From positions 8,902-72,901 of the forward strand of contig DASXCH010000157.1 in assembly GCA_036491275.1 (NCBI GenBank): DNA of 64,000 nucleotides, read 5' to 3'. Numbering within the stretch: the first letter of the stretch is position 1; every line of letters starts with the position of its first letter. Below, piece by piece: positions 63,331 through 64,000 of the stretch. The notes under the pieces are model-generated. The model saw only the letters and a program-made list of their open reading frames with translations. It was not told the origin of the DNA and did no database searches. The translations under genes and the position numbers were made by a program. Source of the DNA: Caulobacteraceae bacterium. Lineage in GTDB: Bacteria > Pseudomonadota > Alphaproteobacteria > Caulobacterales > Caulobacteraceae.

Positions 63331-63744
63331 ATGAGCGATCTCGATCCGGACCGCGTCACGGAGACGCGGACAACGACCGAACCGATACCGCCGACATCAG
63401 AGGTCACACGCACGGTCGAGCGGTCGAACGGCGCGGCCTGGTGGGCCGTGGCCCTGGTGGGCATCGCCCTCATCATCGCGGTGACCTACGTCATCACCCG
63501 CCCGCAATCGCCGACGAATACCGAGGCGGCCGTGGCGGCGGCCACTCAGCAGGTGCAGTCGCAGGATGCGAGCCAGCAGGCCCAGACTGCCGCCGCCCAG
63601 GCTCAATCCGCCGCTGACAGCGCCGCTCAGGCGAGCCAGAGATCCGCCATGCCCAGCGCCGCGCCCGCGCCACCCGCGCAAAGTCAGCCGGCGCAGCCTT
63701 CCTCAAGTCAGAGCGACGACCAGAGCGGCGGGCCGCCGCAATAG
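63331..63744 (+). CDS. Single-TM protein with Ala/Gln/Ser-rich tail
   Basis: One hydrophobic segment; AQTAAAQAQSAAD low complexity. Confidence 0.7.
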   Translation: MSDLDPDRVTETRTTTEPIPPTSEVTRTVERSNGAAWWAVALVGIALIIAVTYVITRPQSPTNTEAAVAAATQQVQSQDASQQAQTAAAQAQSAADSAAQASQRSAMPSAAPAPPAQSQPAQPSSSQSDDQSGGPPQ

Positions 63745-63766
63745 GGCAATCCGCCAGGCCGGAGGG

Positions 63767-64000
63767 CTAACCGATCGGTGTCGGCTCGGCGATCTCGGCC
63801 AGCGCCTGAGCATCTAGAACCGGACTGGCCTCGCCATCGGCGGTGTTCATCACGTACTTGGGGACCAACAGGATCACTGGCACGATCAGGGCGTAGACAA
63901 TCGTCGTGGCGATGACGCAGTAGATGAATCCGTACGTCGGGCTGGAGTCGTACATCTGCACGCCCAGCCAGTCCCCTCCGCGGTAGGAAAGCAGGTTGCC
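63767..64000 (-). CDS. C-terminal part of a membrane transporter (probable MFS), truncated by window end
   Basis: Open frame to window edge; GNLLSYRGGDWLG...TM helix...ILLVPK. Confidence 0.6.
   Translation of the reverse strand, partial: GNLLSYRGGDWLGVQMYDSSPTYGFIYCVIATTIVYALIVPVILLVPKYVMNTADGEASPVLDAQALAEIAEPTPIG

Overview
High-GC chromosomal segment of an alphaproteobacterium. Gene content and order (queA-ppi-ppi-coaD-gyrA-ssb; infA-UPF0262-hisD-DUF2948-tRNA-Thr) point to Caulobacteraceae (Phenylobacterium/Caulobacter-like; inference). About 70 real CDS are present, and most long ORFs in the supplied track are antisense or frame shadows. Housekeeping genes occupy 1-13.2 kb. They are followed by a hexuronate/mannonate catabolic block with a GH31, a YcbB/YcbK-type peptidoglycan pair, a TPR-sulfotransferase/TonB-receptor island with IS3 and repeat debris, an orphan Imm26 gene, a putA-solA-GNAT operon, an ABC-F gene, a GH3, an ECF42-type sigma/DGPF pair, chromate transporters, a ferritin-like protein, MarR/MFS, a phosphoesterase and prmA. 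No CRISPR array, intact IS or intact prophage is present. Best leads: (1) a stand-alone phage-like switch at 50.9-52.0 kb, made of a CI-like XRE gene, palindromic TTGCATAATGCAA operators, a 21-codon leader and a divergent unknown gene; (2) an IS1-family right end whose terminal repeat now encodes the putA N-terminus; (3) a uORF plus nested-hairpin leader upstream of an uncharacterised ABC-F; (4) an LGFP-repeat secreted protein inserted in the hisD-infA unit; (5) a putative LexA box before a small Cys-rich secreted protein; (6) a natural Leu at GyrA position 83. All family assignments come from motif recognition, not database searches.
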